Shown: positions 60,261-64,000 of the stretch, piece after piece
How positions within the stretch are numbered: position 1 is the stretch's first letter
Layout: each line of letters opens with the position of its first letter
From: Blasia pusilla
Lineage: Eukaryota
DNA: 64,000 nucleotides
Reading direction: 5' to 3'
NCBI GenBank assembly: GCA_050084515.1
Contig: CM114271.1
Location: 14,880,001-14,944,000, forward strand
Made by a program: the position numbers and the translations under genes
Notes under the pieces: generated by a model
The model's input: only the letters and a program-made list of their open reading frames with translations
Told to the model about the DNA's origin: nothing
The model's database searches: none

Positions 60261-62682
60261 ATCACAACTGTTGCGTTGGTGAGCCCCATGCCTATCGAGA
60301 TGGTTGAGGCAGTGGCTGGGGGCGAGACGCGAGGAGATGGACACACCAGGGGTGATCAAGAGAGACACCCTTGGACTTCTTGGGATGTTTTGCAGTTACG
60401 CGAGGAGATGGTAGCCACAACATCGAGTGTGGTGCCCGGTAGTGCACATGGAAATCCCATTTTGCAGTTGGCTATAGGGGAGCAATTGAGTTCTGTTGTC
60501 CGAGACAGGGTTGCACCTTAGCAACCTCCTACACCAACGCCGAAGAGTCCTACCATAGTCACGATGGAGACTTGGGAGCCAGATATGGACCCTAAGTTGA
60601 TAGGAGGAGAGCGGCGCTGGATACATCACTTCTTGAGGAGTTATAGGAGTTATTTTGCATTTAGTATGCATGATTTGCATATGCTGAAGGGTCCAGGAAT
60701 CGTCATTGAGTTGTTGAGTGACATGACGATCTTTCGTCGATCCTACAAGTAGAGTGACATGGAGAGGGCTTTGATTCAGAGAAAGAGCCAGAACTTGGTT
60801 GGAGCAGGACTAGTGGAGATGTCGCATGGAGAGTATGCATATGCTTCTTTCATGCCCGCCAAGAAGGATGTGCATGGAAACTGGACAGATAGGCGGATGT
60901 GTGCAGATTATCGACCTATCAATCGGCAGACGGATTTCAATAGGTTTGCCATGCCCAACCCAGATAAGATCTTTGATGCTATTGGGCATGCAAAGGTCTT
61001 CAATTTGTTAGATCTTCGAGCCGGATATCATCAACTGCTTATCAGATTGGAGCACAGGCAGAAGACGTCATTTTTGGGCATCGAACCTCACGGGAAGCAT
61101 TGTTTATACTAGTGGCGGTTCTTACCATTTGGGTTGAAGAACGCCCCGGTTGAGTTTCAGAGGATCATGGATAGGATCTTGACAAGTCTAGATTTTGTTA
61201 GGTGTTATATTGATGCCATCGTAGTCTTTAGCGCCATGGTTGAGGAGCATGAGCGACATCTAGAGGAGGTATTTCAACGATTGCAGTTACATAGGATGAA
61301 GCTACATCCAGGAAAGTGCAAGTTCTTCTATAACCAGATTGAGTATATGGATCCTACGATATACCTCAGGGGCCTTGGTGTACAACACAAAAAGGTAGAG
61401 GCTATTTCACTCATTCCACACCCTACAAATGTTAGTAGAGTTTGCGCATTCATGGGATTGGTAAACTCCTATCAACGATACGTCAAGGATTTCAATTTGA
61501 TTGCGAAGCCGCTAACCTTACTGACCAAGGTGGATTAAGAGTGGCACTGGGGGATGAACAAGAGAGAGCACTTTGGCTACTCTATGACAGATTGATGTTT
61601 GCGCCCATAATAAGGAGATCGATCAGGGGGCGTCCTTTCCAGATGCAAACCAATTGGAGCATGTCGGGGCTTGGAGCCGTGCTCACCCAACATGACGATG
61701 ATGGTAGAGAGTTCATGGAGGCTTACGCTAGTCACTCGAACAACGCCGCAGAGGCAAAGTTTAGTTGGTATGAGGGTGACTGCTTGGCTGGAGTGTGGGC
61801 TGTCGCACATTTCAAATGTTATCTATACGGCAATCCCTTTACCATCATTATTGATCATCAGCCACTTAAGTGGTTGATGGAGTCCGACAAGCTTACAGGG
61901 AAGCTTGCGAGGTGCGCTCTTGTGTTCCACGAGTATGACTTCCAGATGGTACATAGACTTAAGATGCTCAACCAAGATGCAGATGGTTTGAGCCGTAACC
62001 CATGCCCGAGTCAGCGAGATGCGATTAGAGCTCGATGGCAGGGAGAGAGTGATGAGGATTTGGTGCGAGGATGGCACGCGTCAGCATATTTGGGCTTCTT
62101 GGCTATGGAGAGCCATATTGCTGAGACTTCGATGGCGAGGTCTGATGAAGAGTCCTTAGATCTAGAGGCCAGTGAAGAGACGACAGGTGGCCGAGATATT
62201 CACGACAATGGAGAAGTCTTCGAGTACGTGCGTAGTGGCAGCGTCGCAAGCACAATGGGTGCTAGAGAGCGGGATCGGATCCTACAGCAAGCTAGACGGT
62301 TACGGTGGGTGGGGACATATGTATAGCGAGTGTGGGAGGATGATAGAGTGCTTGTAGTGCCTCATCCTTCATAGAGAGCACGTTTGGTGCGTCATGCCCA
62401 CGAGGAGTTGGGTCATTTTGGAGTGAAGCGGATGTACAACTTGCTCCAGGTTCATTATCGGTGGCGAGGCATACATACTGATGTTCAACAGTTTGTTTCC
62501 AGATGCATAGTGTGTGATCGAGTCCGGGCATCGTGCAATGCTCCGACTCCACAGTTGCATCCATTTCTGATAATGGGTTTAGGTTATATGTGGAGTTTGG
62601 ATTTTGCATGACCTTTATCTTTGACGGAGCGTCATAGTTGTTATATGTTGGTGATGGTTGAGCACTATTCAAAGTGGATAGA

Positions 62683-63687
62683 TGTCGCATTCCTACTCTC
62701 CTTGAACGTCAATCTTTATCGTTGCGGAAGCGTATGTTCAGTAGGACACGATCTCATCGCCGGTCTGGATCCAAACACACACTCTCGTTAATCGGGTCTG
62801 GATCAACCAGCGTTCCAACCCACCGAGTTCTCAACTTGGCGTCTCATCAAGATCAACCTTCCTTACTTTCTAGTTTCCAAAACATGGCAAGTTCTTCAAG
62901 ACTTGGAACAAACTTCTTGATTAGTCCAGGAACCTACAACGGCACTTGCGCGCCTAGCGATCCCAACTGTTCAACCGACCTCGTGTGAGTTCCAAACTGA
63001 GACCCAAGTAATTGAGTCGCGGGGTGAAATCCAAGAGGGATGTCTAAAATCGCCTCCATAGACTTGGTTCAGATTTTCCAACCCAACCCCAAACTCTCGA
63101 TCCGTTCCATGCCCTTGACCCGCCCCATGGCGCCCAAAGTGGGGTTCAAGTTCCAAGAACTCTCAGAGACCTTCCCCCTTACAAGTACTTGTGGGGTTCT
63201 CCAATAATCCCCCCACCTTTTGGAAAAGGAGGGTCGGGCCCTTCGTTCTGGCCCTCAACCCGACTCTACTTACAGCAATTTCCAAGTTGTTTCTCAGCTG
63301 CTGCTTATGTGTTTGCAGATATCTTTAGTGGGTTTGAACCGTCTTTCCATAAGTCTTCCAACACATCCTTGTTCAATCCAAACACATCTTGGCGCTAAAA
63401 GTTATAGCCATAAATACGGTCAAAAACTCTCAAACGCAAGTGGCGTTCCAAATCCGGATTCTTCCTTTGGCAACCCACTTCCTAGACTCAACTCCTTTCA
63501 AGTCTTGTTCCGCGTTTGGTCCAGGTTTCTCAATCGCGACCATAACATCTAGAACACGACGCCTTGCTTGCGTTTCGTCTCTTGTCTCTTCTTCGAGACC
63601 ACTCCAACGCGCAAACCATCTTAGCGTGAGCCCGCTAATGTTTCAATGTTCCGCTTTTGCACTCGTTTGGTCATGAGGGTTGCGACA
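62683..63687 (-). repeat. Family C 3' LTR (1005 bp)
   Basis: Perfect 7-bp terminal inverted repeat TGTCGCA...TGCGACA. Minus-strand purine tract AAAGAGGGATGAG at 63700-63688. Interrupts the B2 integrase after HYSKWI. Confidence 0.9.
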
Positions 63688-64000
63688 CTCATCCCTCTTT
63701 AGAGGTTGATGCCCTCATCAATGCAAACCTTTGTTATGTCAAGTCTCTTGGGCAGCCTACCCCTTGAAATTGAATTACGTTCTGGTGGCTAATCCGCAAT
63801 TCCTCTTAGTCTACAGTTGTCGCTTTGCACCACTTAGAATTATTAGCCTCTCCTCTTTGATAAGCATGGACTCGTTCCAAAGAACTAACCTATCAAATAA
63901 GCTAACTAAGTGTGCAACCTTAGACTCTTCTGGCTCATTCTTGTAAACATCACACCTGTTTACTTGGTCTACAAATCGTACTATTATTGGGTCGCTCTCG
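63688..64000 (-). mobile_element. Family C internal 3' region, runs out of the window
   Basis: Lies upstream of the PPT and LTR on the minus strand. Only a degenerate reading frame is visible. Confidence 0.65.

Larger units (their letters stand above)
45204..62682 (+). mobile_element. Family B (DNMT-Gypsy) copy B2, interrupted by B3 (50695-59794) and by family C at 62683
   Basis: TGTCATG start, gag about 47400-48700, protease about 49560-49800, split DNMT, RT about 60700-61540 (LDLRAGYHQ, PFGLKNAP, YIDAI), RNase H about 61630-62000, integrase HEELGH...CIVC. Confidence 0.92.

Noticed and set aside
63735-63860. Possible chromodomain at the family C 3' end (minus strand)
   Set aside because: Only a faint IL...FNFKG...ET pattern with several stops, too degenerate to call.

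Overview
Eukaryotic, TE-dense DNA, most likely from a non-seed plant or streptophyte alga (inference from the TE types and the CHD subfamily). One host gene is present: a spliced CHD6-9/Kismet-like chromatin remodeller on the minus strand (about 21.7-36.2 kb), with a near-intact Ty1/Copia element in an intron and a decayed Helitron upstream. The flanks are nested Ty3/Gypsy elements of three families, here called A, B and C. The main finding is family B (three copies plus an older relic). Its polyprotein reads gag - aspartic protease - DNMT3-type cytosine-5 DNA methyltransferase - RT - RNase H - integrase - PHD finger, so this retrotransposon carries its own methylation writer and a histone reader. 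All B copies here are pseudogenised. Other signals: a candidate UAG-CARYYA readthrough site between DNMT and RT, a Tf1-like self-priming stem, a B insertion with unlike ends inside a 4-bp TSD, and a slippery site plus H-type pseudoknot at the family A gag/pol junction. All calls were made by eye with no alignments or database searches. The 0.3-8.4 kb region looks error-rich and may be partly an assembly artefact.
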